Below, piece after piece: positions 9,924 to 18,441 of a stretch of DNA of 64,000 bases (position 1 is the stretch's first letter; the number at the start of each line of letters is the position of its first letter). The position numbers and the translations under genes are program-made. Source of the stretch: an uncultured bacterium (GTDB lineage: Bacteria; Chloroflexota; Dormibacteria; Aeolococcales; Aeolococcaceae); the NCBI GenBank assembly GCA_963716555.1, contig CAVQTJ010000019.1:168241-232240 (forward strand). Direction: 5' to 3'. The notes under the pieces were generated by a model that saw only the letters and a list, made by a program, of their open reading frames with translations, was not told the origin of the DNA and did no database searches.

Positions 9924-11279
9924 GTGTCTGGCTACCTCCCTATCCTCACGCCGATGACCAAGGCTGGGCCACCCGGCGCCGCTTCGGGTGGGTTGATCCA
10001 GGCGAACCGGCGCTCCGGGCGAGGGCGCCCTGGATTTCAGTCCGCGGCGAGTCAGGGGCGCAAGCGAGCTCGGCTGGCCATCATCCTGTTTGGCTTCGAG
10101 GCACTTGGGTTGTCGGTCCTCGTCCTCTCCGCGCTGAACTCTCACGGGGCGTGGCCCACGAAGGAGGGGCCACTCGACTTCGCCATCTTCTACCGCAGCG
10201 CCCAAGCCTTGGCGAGCGGCCACTCTCCCTTCACCACGGGCGCCGTCGATCCCCCCACCCTGAGCCTGCTGCTCCTACCCCTGTCGCATCTTGCCCTCGC
10301 GCCGGCCTACCTGGTCTATGCCCTCACATCGGCGGCCCTCTTGGCGACCACGCTCTGGGCCTGGAACGCCCAACTGGGTCGGCCCTATGTCGTCGCGACC
10401 ATCCTGGCCGGGCTCCTTTGGTATCCGGTGATCGATGGGCTCACCCTGGGGCAACCAGTGGCGGTGGTGCTGAGCGCACTTCTGGCCACGCTTGTTCTGA
10501 TCAGAAGGGAAAGGCTCATCTGGGCAGGGATCGCTGCCGGGGTGCTCTGGATCATGCCCGACATGACCGCTCCCGTCCTGTTGGCACTGGGGGTGCTGGT
10601 GTGGGCATACGGCGCCAATCCTCTGTCCTATCTGTGGGGGTTCTGCGGTTCCACGGTGGCATTCTATGGGTTGCGAGCTGGCGACTTTGTCCAATGGGTG
10701 CGGCTCGTCGCGAATTCCGTGAGTCAGGTGACGGCACAGCCCCGCCAGATCTCGGCAACCGCCTTCTTTCAACTGCTCCCGGCCAACCTTGCGTCCGGGG
10801 TCATCGGCGTGATCGCCATCATCCTGAAGGTCTGCCTGATCGCGGCGGCCCTGGTTGGCATGCTGTGGATCTTCCGGCGAGGGCTGACGCGCACTGAGAT
10901 GTGGCAGAAGCTCACAGGCTGGCAGCGAATCTGGTGGGGTACGAGCATTTTCTTCGCGGTGTGGCTGCTGGTCGGCCCGGATGGGCACCTGTACGACGAG
11001 GCCTATGTCCTTCCCCTGGCCACGTTGGCGCTCGGCGCCAAGCCGGCATTTGGCGGCCTGGCACAAAGGATTGCGGTGCTGGTGTTGGTCGGCCTACCCG
11101 TGCTCACCACCATCGCACCGAACGCGGTCTATCTGACGCCGCTCGCCAACCTGCTGCTCCTGCTGGCGGTCTGGCAACTGTTCGCCGAATCGGGATACCT
11201 GGCACGTCTCAAGGACGCGGGTTGGCCGCAGCTGTCGGAGCCGCCCCCACCGGCCGCCTCTCCGGCGCCGGCTCGTTGA
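9924..11279 (+). CDS. GT87/DUF2029-like polytopic membrane glycosyltransferase (paralogue 1)
   Basis: 451-aa multi-TM ORF with the family-typical N-proximal loop LDFAIFYRSAQALASGHSPF. The start is uncertain: GTG at 9924 or ATG at 9954. Confidence 0.65.
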   Translation: MSGYLPILTPMTKAGPPGAASGGLIQANRRSGRGRPGFQSAASQGRKRARLAIILFGFEALGLSVLVLSALNSHGAWPTKEGPLDFAIFYRSAQALASGHSPFTTGAVDPPTLSLLLLPLSHLALAPAYLVYALTSAALLATTLWAWNAQLGRPYVVATILAGLLWYPVIDGLTLGQPVAVVLSALLATLVLIRRERLIWAGIAAGVLWIMPDMTAPVLLALGVLVWAYGANPLSYLWGFCGSTVAFYGLRAGDFVQWVRLVANSVSQVTAQPRQISATAFFQLLPANLASGVIGVIAIILKVCLIAAALVGMLWIFRRGLTRTEMWQKLTGWQRIWWGTSIFFAVWLLVGPDGHLYDEAYVLPLATLALGAKPAFGGLAQRIAVLVLVGLPVLTTIAPNAVYLTPLANLLLLLAVWQLFAESGYLARLKDAGWPQLSEPPPPAASPAPAR

Positions 11280-12615
11280 TCCGAGCGGGGACCGACGCTT
11301 CCCTGATCCGCCCCACCCCTCGCAGAACGATGACGATGGCGACGGCGAGGAGCACAGTGGCGGCGACCCCCACCCCCACCTGGGCGGTGGTGGGAGGCGT
11401 GGTCAGCCCGGTCACGGCGAGGGCAACGCTGACAACGCTGAGCAAGATCGGCACGGCCCAGCGACGCAGCGAGCTCGGCCCTGGCTGGGAGAGGGTCCAG
11501 ATCACCGCGAAAACGTAGGGTTCGACGAGGTAGTAGGACCAGGTGGTCTTGGCCAGCAGGGGGACGCAGCAGGCGGCGACGGTGAGCAGACCGGCGGCGC
11601 GGGTGACGTCGACCGGCTCGGAACGCGTCCGCCACAGAGCCGCACCAACCAGGAGCAGGGCCGCAACCAGGAAGAGCAGGGTGTCGTCATGCTGAATCAG
11701 CCCTGCCCACGGCAGCCCCCGGGCGAGCAGCACCCAGGCTGAGCCACCGCTGATCGGAAGCGTCCCGCGGAAGGTGACCAGGGAGGTGACCACGTCGTGC
11801 CCGTCGACCACGAGAAACGGAAGCAGTCCGGCGATGGTGGTGGTCGCGGCAACCGCGACGAGCGCCAGCGAGCGCAGCCCGCGGCGGAGGAGCGATGGCA
11901 GCTCGCGGTCCAGGAGCGGGAGCAGGGCCAGGCAGAGGACCGACACCACTGCGGCGCTTCGGGTCAGCAGGACCAGGCCGAGCAGCGCTCCGGCCGCTGC
12001 GACCCGGCGCTTGAGCAGCAGCCGCAGGGCTGCGAGGGTGAGCCACAGCTCGAGGGGGATCTCGATGTGACCAAAGGATCCGAGTGCCAGCCAGAGCGGC
12101 AGCGACATGCAGAGCGCGAGATAGACGGTCGGGCTGCTCCGGTACCCGGACGTCATCTGCACCAGCCGCAGCCCTTCTCGGGCCATCAGCAGCGAGAACC
12201 CGGAGAATGCAGCGAGGACGACGGCATCGCGGAGCTGCAGATCGGCGGCCCAGCCGAGCGCGTCGATCAGGACCACCAGGAGCGTGAGGGGGAGCAGCGA
12301 GAGCGGCCCGTTGGCGTCGGTGTACGGACCGGCCCTGACGGCGTACTCCATGAACGGGTGACCGTGAGCCGCCAGCTCGGCGGAGGGCCAAAAGAAGAGG
12401 TCGAGGTCGGATTGCTTGGCATTGAGGGCGAAGGGCACGACAAAGGAGAATCCGACGTAGAGCGCAATGAGCGTGATGACCCGCCACCGAAGTGCGACCG
12501 CAGTGGTGCCCCCGGCCTCGCGGCGCGGCGATCGGATCACCGGCTGAGGACCCACGGCGAGTCGTGCAACACCTTGCTGGGTGCCATGGTGTGATTCTCC
12601 CGAACCAGAGCCCAC
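11209..12615 (-). CDS. GT-C/DUF2029-like polytopic membrane glycosyltransferase (paralogue 2)
   Basis: 468-aa multi-TM ORF. The loop DLDLFFWPSAELAAHGHPFMEY sits in the position equivalent to the DUF2029 signature. Its 3' end overlaps the convergent gene by 71 nt. Confidence 0.55.
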   Translation of the reverse strand: MGSGSGESHHGTQQGVARLAVGPQPVIRSPRREAGGTTAVALRWRVITLIALYVGFSFVVPFALNAKQSDLDLFFWPSAELAAHGHPFMEYAVRAGPYTDANGPLSLLPLTLLVVLIDALGWAADLQLRDAVVLAAFSGFSLLMAREGLRLVQMTSGYRSSPTVYLALCMSLPLWLALGSFGHIEIPLELWLTLAALRLLLKRRVAAAGALLGLVLLTRSAAVVSVLCLALLPLLDRELPSLLRRGLRSLALVAVAATTTIAGLLPFLVVDGHDVVTSLVTFRGTLPISGGSAWVLLARGLPWAGLIQHDDTLLFLVAALLLVGAALWRTRSEPVDVTRAAGLLTVAACCVPLLAKTTWSYYLVEPYVFAVIWTLSQPGPSSLRRWAVPILLSVVSVALAVTGLTTPPTTAQVGVGVAATVLLAVAIVIVLRGVGRIREASVPARINEPAPERRPVGAAPTAAANPRP

Positions 12616-12646
12616 TTCACGCCAATGGCGCCGCGTTCTCGTCGGG

Positions 12647-12690
12647 CTGTAACGGCCGTGTGATGGCCGTCACCTGGCCGTCAAGAGTCC
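12647..12690. promoter_or_regulatory. Glycan-locus motif, copy B
   Basis: CTGTAACGGCCGTGTGATGGCCGTCACCTGGCCGTCAAGAGTCC, 32-75 nt upstream of the start of 11209..12615(-). It contains the near-palindrome GTGATGGCCGTCAC. Confidence 0.6.
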
Positions 12691-12719
12691 TGGGCGGCGG
12701 AATCCGCGAAGCCAGGCCT

Positions 12720-14084
12720 CTAGCCGCCCCGCAGCTGGAGCGCGAGTGGTCCCGAATGGCGCACGCCGATCTTGAGCTGCAGCCTCGCCCTGAGCTCGAG
12801 CAGCCCGGCGAGAGCGACCAGCGACACCGCCACCGGGGTCGGCGATACCGCAACCAGGTGGAAGGGCCAGACGTCGGGGAGAAGGACGAGCGTGGTCAGC
12901 GCGAGTGCGGCGACTGACCCCTCGGCGATGCGGTGACGCAGGGCTGCCAGCATCACCGCGGCGGCCACCAGCAGCGCCGCGCCAATGGCCGGCGCGGTGA
13001 TGAACGCGACGATCAGTGCCAGGGAGCCGATGATCCCGAGCTGCAGCCAGCGCGGGTCCAGGTTCCGCGCGCGCTCAGCCACGACCATAGCCAGGAGCGG
13101 GAAGAGCAGCACGTCATCATTGGGGTGCGCGTACGGTGTGCAGGCGAGCCAGAGCGCCAGACCTGCGAGCGGGATCAGCGATCGCTGCGGAGCGGCGAGG
13201 CCACGCAGCCGCGGGTCGCGGACGGCGAGCAGCGCCAACCCGAAGACCCCGAGAGCACCGGCGATGGCGACCACATCACCGATGAGCGCCCCCTGAGGCA
13301 GGTGGGCGAACAGGCCGGGAATGCCCGAGAGGTCGGGCTGACCCGAGGTGACGCGGCTGTCGAAGCCGAGCACGTGAGGAAAGAAGTCGGCCGAATGGGC
13401 CACCAGGACAAATCCCGCTCCCGCGCCCCCGACCAGGACGAGCGTCGCCGCGGCCGCGAACCGCCAGAGCCGCTGTGGATCCGCAACCCAGGCGGCACCG
13501 AGCAGCAGGGGTAGCGGCCAGAGGATGTGGGGTTTCAGCAGCACCACGGCCATGCACAGACCGGCGAGCCAGGGGGCGTCGCGGCGCATCAGGATCAGTG
13601 ACGCCACCAGTCCACCGAGCATGAGCAGGTCGAACTGCCCCGCGAAGACCCCGAGCAAGAGCGGCCAGGAGAGCAGCGCCGCGACCAGCCAGAGGCCGGC
13701 GCGGGACCACCCGAGCTCGCGCAACCAGGCCCACAGCGCCAGCCCGGCTACGGCGATGCCGGTGCCGGTGAAGACTGCATAGCTCCACCAGTACGGCAGC
13801 CAGGTGAAAGCGCGCAGGGCCAGGCCCACTACCGGCAGATCGGTGAAGTCGTCGAGAGACGGCTGGACGCTCGCGTAGTGCTGGGCGGCCTGCTCGGCCA
13901 CGTGCATGATCGTGGAGTCGTAGGGGTTGCCGCCCTGTGAGATCACCTGGGCCGCCGCGTAGAAGACCCGCCAATCGTCGGCCAGGCCGTAGGGGGCCGG
14001 CGGGAACATGTGACCAAGGGCGAAAGCCGCGAATCCCGCGGTGACGGTGAGGAGGAAGCCGAGCATCAGCCGGCGGAGGGGCAC
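12720..14084 (-). CDS. GT87/DUF2029-like polytopic membrane glycosyltransferase (paralogue 3)
   Basis: 454-aa multi-TM ORF with DWRVFYAAAQVISQGGNPYD, the DUF2029-type signature loop. Confidence 0.65.
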   Translation of the reverse strand: MPLRRLMLGFLLTVTAGFAAFALGHMFPPAPYGLADDWRVFYAAAQVISQGGNPYDSTIMHVAEQAAQHYASVQPSLDDFTDLPVVGLALRAFTWLPYWWSYAVFTGTGIAVAGLALWAWLRELGWSRAGLWLVAALLSWPLLLGVFAGQFDLLMLGGLVASLILMRRDAPWLAGLCMAVVLLKPHILWPLPLLLGAAWVADPQRLWRFAAAATLVLVGGAGAGFVLVAHSADFFPHVLGFDSRVTSGQPDLSGIPGLFAHLPQGALIGDVVAIAGALGVFGLALLAVRDPRLRGLAAPQRSLIPLAGLALWLACTPYAHPNDDVLLFPLLAMVVAERARNLDPRWLQLGIIGSLALIVAFITAPAIGAALLVAAAVMLAALRHRIAEGSVAALALTTLVLLPDVWPFHLVAVSPTPVAVSLVALAGLLELRARLQLKIGVRHSGPLALQLRGG

Positions 14085-14094
14085 GGCGCCGATG

Positions 14095-15456
14095 CTAGGC
14101 GCGGTCTGCCGCCGAGAGTGGGCCCCGACGGAATCGTTGCGGGCTCGTCAACGTCGCCAGCGGACCTTGGGAAGCCGAGAGGGTGGCGGCTTCACGAATC
14201 AGCGCCCAGGCAACTCCCCCCGCCACCACGAGTTGGGGGAGGAGGGCGAAGTGAACCTCAGCGGGGGATCCGATGCCGGTCGCGTACGGCCATACAGCCG
14301 CACTCAAGAACAGCGAAGACCAAAGTGCTGCGGACGGAGCTCGTCTGGCCCAGAGGACGATCGGAACCCCGAGCAGAGCCAGGTCGGTGGGCAGGATGTG
14401 GGGCGAGAGGAGAAGAGAGAGGGTGAGCCCGAAGGCGATGGCAAGGGCGGGATCGGCTCGAAGCGCCTCCCTGAGCCACCATGAGACCAGCGAAACAGCC
14501 AGCACGCCCACTGTGAGGCAAACGACGGTCACCACGCCGCCACCGGGAATCAGAAGGGCGAGAAGCCCGGGGATGCCCGTCCCCATCGACGCCTGTATGG
14601 CTCCCAGGGTGAAGGCGAGGTGAACTCCCTGGAGCACCGGGGCCGGGCCGGTCACCAGCACGGACGCGGCCACCCATGCGACAGCCCCGATGGACAGACC
14701 GAGAAGGACACGCCACTGAGATGCCATCAGTAGGAAGATCGGAGCGAGCCATATCAGCTGTGGCTTGATGAACAGGATCGAGAGGAGAACCCCGGCGGCG
14801 AGGGGACGCTGAGCCTGGAGTGCGAGGATCGCACAGGTGAGGCAGAGCAGCAACAGGCAGTCCCAATTGGCCATGACCAGATTCCAACCGCTGGCAACCG
14901 AGGCCGTGGCGACGATCACCACCAGGCCCGAGGTGCTGATCAAGGGACAACGCAGAACCACTCGAAGGAGCAGGAAGGCGCTGAGTCCGACACAGGCGAT
15001 GCTCCCGACGGTGAAGACCACGAGTGCGGTGTGAAAGGGCAGCTCCATGAGAGGAGCGAGTAGTGCCGCCGCCGCGGCCGGATTCACGAAGAGCTGACCG
15101 CCTCCGAGGTGGACGCCCGTGTAGGCGCTCTCGGCGGCAGCCTGTGCCGCTGGCGAGTAGAGCAAATGGCCGTCACCCTGCAGAAGGAGGCGGCCCGCAC
15201 CGCCGAAGGCGTCGAAGTCGCCAGCCCACGGCTGGACGCGAAAGGTCCGGAATGGCTGCGCAAGGAAGTTGGCGACGAAAGCGGCACCGACGAGAATGCC
15301 TGCACCGTGCACCAGCTTCGAGGTGAAGATCGGAGTTCTATCGTCCACCCTGGCTGCGATGATGGCCCATCTCCGGGCGGCATCTTTGACGGCGGGGTGA
15401 CGATCCGGGTGGGACCTTTGTGAGGAGCGACGACCAGGAAGACGCTCCGAGCGCAA
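14095..15456 (-). CDS. GT87/DUF2029-like polytopic membrane glycosyltransferase (paralogue 4)
   Basis: 453-aa multi-TM ORF with GDFDAFGGAGRLLLQGDGHLLY in the equivalent position. It lies 10 nt upstream of paralogue 3. Confidence 0.6.
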   Translation of the reverse strand: MRSERLPGRRSSQRSHPDRHPAVKDAARRWAIIAARVDDRTPIFTSKLVHGAGILVGAAFVANFLAQPFRTFRVQPWAGDFDAFGGAGRLLLQGDGHLLYSPAAQAAAESAYTGVHLGGGQLFVNPAAAAALLAPLMELPFHTALVVFTVGSIACVGLSAFLLLRVVLRCPLISTSGLVVIVATASVASGWNLVMANWDCLLLLCLTCAILALQAQRPLAAGVLLSILFIKPQLIWLAPIFLLMASQWRVLLGLSIGAVAWVAASVLVTGPAPVLQGVHLAFTLGAIQASMGTGIPGLLALLIPGGGVVTVVCLTVGVLAVSLVSWWLREALRADPALAIAFGLTLSLLLSPHILPTDLALLGVPIVLWARRAPSAALWSSLFLSAAVWPYATGIGSPAEVHFALLPQLVVAGGVAWALIREAATLSASQGPLATLTSPQRFRRGPLSAADRA

Positions 15457-15475
15457 GGGCCCGCTGGATGGGCGG

Positions 15476-17002
15476 CTATCCCAACAGGACGTCGTAGAAG
15501 TAGCGCTGGTCCCGCGGCACCCCCTGGTCCACGTGGATCCGCTTGACCTCGGTGTACCCGCGCAGGCCCTCGATCCCGAACTCGCGACCGACCCCGCTCT
15601 GCCGGTAGCCGCCGAAGGGCGCCTCGGGGCTCAGCATGTGCCAATCATTGATCCACACCGTCCCGGTCCTCATCCGCCGGGCCATCTCGATGGCGTGCAG
15701 AGTGTCCCGAGACCAGATGCCGCCGGCCAGCCCGTAACCCGAGCCGTTGACCCGCCGGATCACCTCGGTGGGATCGAACCAGCGCTGCACCGCGAGCACC
15801 GGCCCGAAGATCTCCTCGGTGGTGGCTTGGGCGCCGGGACGCACGTCGGAGAGCACGGTGGGGGCGATGAAGTGACCCCGCTCACCCACCCCGGAGGCCC
15901 GGCCTCCGCCGCACTCCACGCGCGCCCCGTCGGCGCGGGCCCGCTCGATGGCCTTCAGCACGGTGTCGTACTGACCTCGGGAGATCAGCGGCCCGACCTG
16001 GGAGTCGAAGTCGGTGGCGTCGCCCACCCTGAGCGCCGAGGCCCGTTCGACGACACGCGCCAGGAACTCGTCATACACATCGTCGTGCACCAACGCGATC
16101 GAACCCAACTCGCACGCCTGCCCCTGGTGCAGGAATATCCCAAAGAGCGTCCCATCGACCGCCAGGTCGAGGTCGGCGTCGGCGCAGACGACGTTGGCCG
16201 ACTTTCCCCCCAACTCCAGGGTCACCCGCTTGATCCCCCGGGCGGCAGCGGCCCCGATGCGCCGCCCGGTGGCGGTCGAGCCGGTGAAGGAGACCTTCTC
16301 CACGGCGGGGTTGACCACCAGCTCCTCACCCAGTTCGTCGGCCGCCCCGGTCACGACGTTGAGCACCCCGGACGGCAGCAGCCCGGTCTCATCGATGGCC
16401 CGGACCGCGTGGAGCAGGCTGAGCGGGGTGTGGGGCGAGGGCTTGATCACCACCGAGTTGCCCATCGCTAGCGCCGGCCCCAGCTTCCAGAGGGCGATCA
16501 TCAGCGGGAAGTTGAAGGGGACGATCAGGCTGCACACCCCCACCGGCTCGCGCTGCACGAAGTTCCAGGCCACCTGCGGCTGGTCGATCCAGGGGAGGGG
16601 TTCGTACCAGGGAATCTGCAGGGCGAGCTCGGCGGGAACCCGGAAGAACTGGATTCCCAGGGGGACGTCGACGATCGAGGTCTTGCGGATGATCGAGCCG
16701 CCATTGCGCAACTCGACCAGGGCCCAGTCGCCGCTCACCTCGGCCAGGTGCTCGGCGATCCGGAAGAGAATCTCGCTGCGCTTCAGCTGCGGCTTGTCTC
16801 GCCACTCGCCGGCCTCGAAGCTCCGCCTCGCCGCACCAATGGCCCGGCGGGCGTCCGCGGGTCCCGAGGCCGGCACCCGGGCGATCACCTCCTCGGTGGA
16901 GGGGTTGAGGACCTCGTAGGTGGCGCCGGACTCCGACCCGACCCACTCCCCGTCGATGTACTGCTCGTACGTGGCGATCTGCGCGTTCGTCTCAACCGCC
17001 AT
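15476..17002 (-). CDS. NAD(P)-dependent aldehyde dehydrogenase
   Basis: 508-aa ORF with VTLELGGKSANVV, FLHQGQACELGS and EEIFGPV, the classic ALDH motifs. A GGGAG Shine-Dalgarno sequence precedes the ATG. Confidence 0.9.
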   Translation of the reverse strand: MAVETNAQIATYEQYIDGEWVGSESGATYEVLNPSTEEVIARVPASGPADARRAIGAARRSFEAGEWRDKPQLKRSEILFRIAEHLAEVSGDWALVELRNGGSIIRKTSIVDVPLGIQFFRVPAELALQIPWYEPLPWIDQPQVAWNFVQREPVGVCSLIVPFNFPLMIALWKLGPALAMGNSVVIKPSPHTPLSLLHAVRAIDETGLLPSGVLNVVTGAADELGEELVVNPAVEKVSFTGSTATGRRIGAAAARGIKRVTLELGGKSANVVCADADLDLAVDGTLFGIFLHQGQACELGSIALVHDDVYDEFLARVVERASALRVGDATDFDSQVGPLISRGQYDTVLKAIERARADGARVECGGGRASGVGERGHFIAPTVLSDVRPGAQATTEEIFGPVLAVQRWFDPTEVIRRVNGSGYGLAGGIWSRDTLHAIEMARRMRTGTVWINDWHMLSPEAPFGGYRQSGVGREFGIEGLRGYTEVKRIHVDQGVPRDQRYFYDVLLG

Positions 17003-17138
17003 CGCTCAGCTCCCGAAAGTTGACATCAGAATCACTTTGACCGCCAGCATATACCGCTCCCCGCCACCCGGCCTGAGCAGCGCGTGCGCCCGCCTTCACC
17101 ACGGATCTCGCTACGACGCAGATCCGGCGCAGTCTGAA

Positions 17139-17160
17139 GGTAACCGTCCGGTGACACCAG
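17139..17160. promoter_or_regulatory. Glycan-locus motif, short copy E
   Basis: GGTAACCGTCCGGTGACACCAG has the form GTAAC-N6-GTGAC-ACCAG. This is copy A with about 7 nt (CGCCGTC) missing. It sits in the divergent region between the aldehyde dehydrogenase(-) and the AT3 acyltransferase(+). Confidence 0.35.
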
Positions 17161-17176
17161 TTCCGGGATCGCGGCA

Positions 17177-18358
17177 GTGGATGAGAATCGGACGATGACT
17201 CGGGCGGTGTCGCTTGCCCCTGTCGGGGAGCGAAAGGAACAGCGTGTCCGCGGCATCGATGCGGGCCGAGCGCTGGCCGCGCTCATGGTTATCGGAGTCC
17301 ACGCCAACTTCCTTGTCGCGCCAGAAGCCGCCAGTATGGGATTCGCGCTGCGCACCACGCTTTGGACAGGCGTGGATATCTTTTTCGTGATCAGCGGGTA
17401 CCTCATTGGCGGCCCATTCCTGGTGGCCTTGCGACGCGGTGATCCGATGCCCAGCGCCGGTTACCCGATGCGCCGATTCGCCAGGATTATGCCCGCGTAC
17501 TGGCTGGCGCTCATCGCGGTGGCGCTCACGGTAGGCGCGGCCTCGCTCGGTACAGTTCCGTTCGTCCTGCACCTGCTGATGGCTCAGGACTTCGTCCCCG
17601 GACAGCAGTTGACCCTCTACCCGGTCGCCTGGACCCTCGCAGTGGAGGTGATGTTCTACACGGCCCTGCCCCTCACGGTGATGGCCGTACGGCGCCGCTG
17701 GACCCAGGTTGGGACACGGTGGCTGCTGGCAGCGCTGTCCCTCGTCTGGGCCGGCAGCGCCGCGCTGGCCGCAGCCAACCCTCGCCTGACGGATTACTGG
17801 ACGACGTCGCTGCCGGGTTCGCTGTGTCTCTTCTCCCCGGGAATGGCAATCGCCCTCATGGAAGAGCGGGTCCAGGGTCGGCTCTCACAATGGTCCGTGA
17901 CGCTTGTGTTGCCGATCGCCGCCGGTCTATGGGTCACAGGCGCCATCCTTCTCAACTCTACCGTCGATTATTTGCACGTGCTGATTGCCCAACAGCTTTT
18001 TGCGGTGGTGGGAAGTTTGGTGGTGCTCAGGGGACTCGTCCTTCCGTCGGTGCGACGCCAGAACACCCTGCTGTCTCGACTCGGGGTCGTCTCTTACGGC
18101 TTGTATCTCTGGCAATGGCCGGTGCTGGTCTGGCTCACCGACCTGCACGTCAGCATGCCGGCTGGCATCGATCCCAGCCTGGCCTGGCTGCTCGGAGCTG
18201 GGTTGTTGTTTGCGGTCACCCTGCCGCTCGCAATCGGCAGCTGGTTCGTAGTCGAGCGCCCTTGCATGCGGTGGGCGGCTCGACGTGCGCATCGACGCAG
18301 CCGTGGGCCGGAGACGCCGCGGACACGTCTGGAGCCGGCCGGCCGCCAGCCAGCCTAA
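17177..18358 (+). CDS. Acyltransferase family 3 (AT3) membrane O-acyltransferase
   Basis: 393-aa multi-TM ORF with RGIDAGRALAALMVIGVH and VDIFFVISGYLIG, the AT3 signatures. Confidence 0.8.
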   Translation: MDENRTMTRAVSLAPVGERKEQRVRGIDAGRALAALMVIGVHANFLVAPEAASMGFALRTTLWTGVDIFFVISGYLIGGPFLVALRRGDPMPSAGYPMRRFARIMPAYWLALIAVALTVGAASLGTVPFVLHLLMAQDFVPGQQLTLYPVAWTLAVEVMFYTALPLTVMAVRRRWTQVGTRWLLAALSLVWAGSAALAAANPRLTDYWTTSLPGSLCLFSPGMAIALMEERVQGRLSQWSVTLVLPIAAGLWVTGAILLNSTVDYLHVLIAQQLFAVVGSLVVLRGLVLPSVRRQNTLLSRLGVVSYGLYLWQWPVLVWLTDLHVSMPAGIDPSLAWLLGAGLLFAVTLPLAIGSWFVVERPCMRWAARRAHRRSRGPETPRTRLEPAGRQPA

Positions 18359-18441
18359 CCGACCAATTGACAGGCGCCATGCGGGGCGCTAGCGTGCCGC
18401 TCGAGGCGACCGTGCCGGCCGCCGCGTGGGAGGAGAAGCTG

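Noticed and set aside
17003-17176. A sigma-70 promoter in the aldehyde-dehydrogenase/AT3 divergent region (TTGACA at 17029-17034 and TTGACC at 17046-17051).
   Set aside because: No acceptable -10 hexamer occurs at 16-19 nt spacing from either -35-like hexamer.
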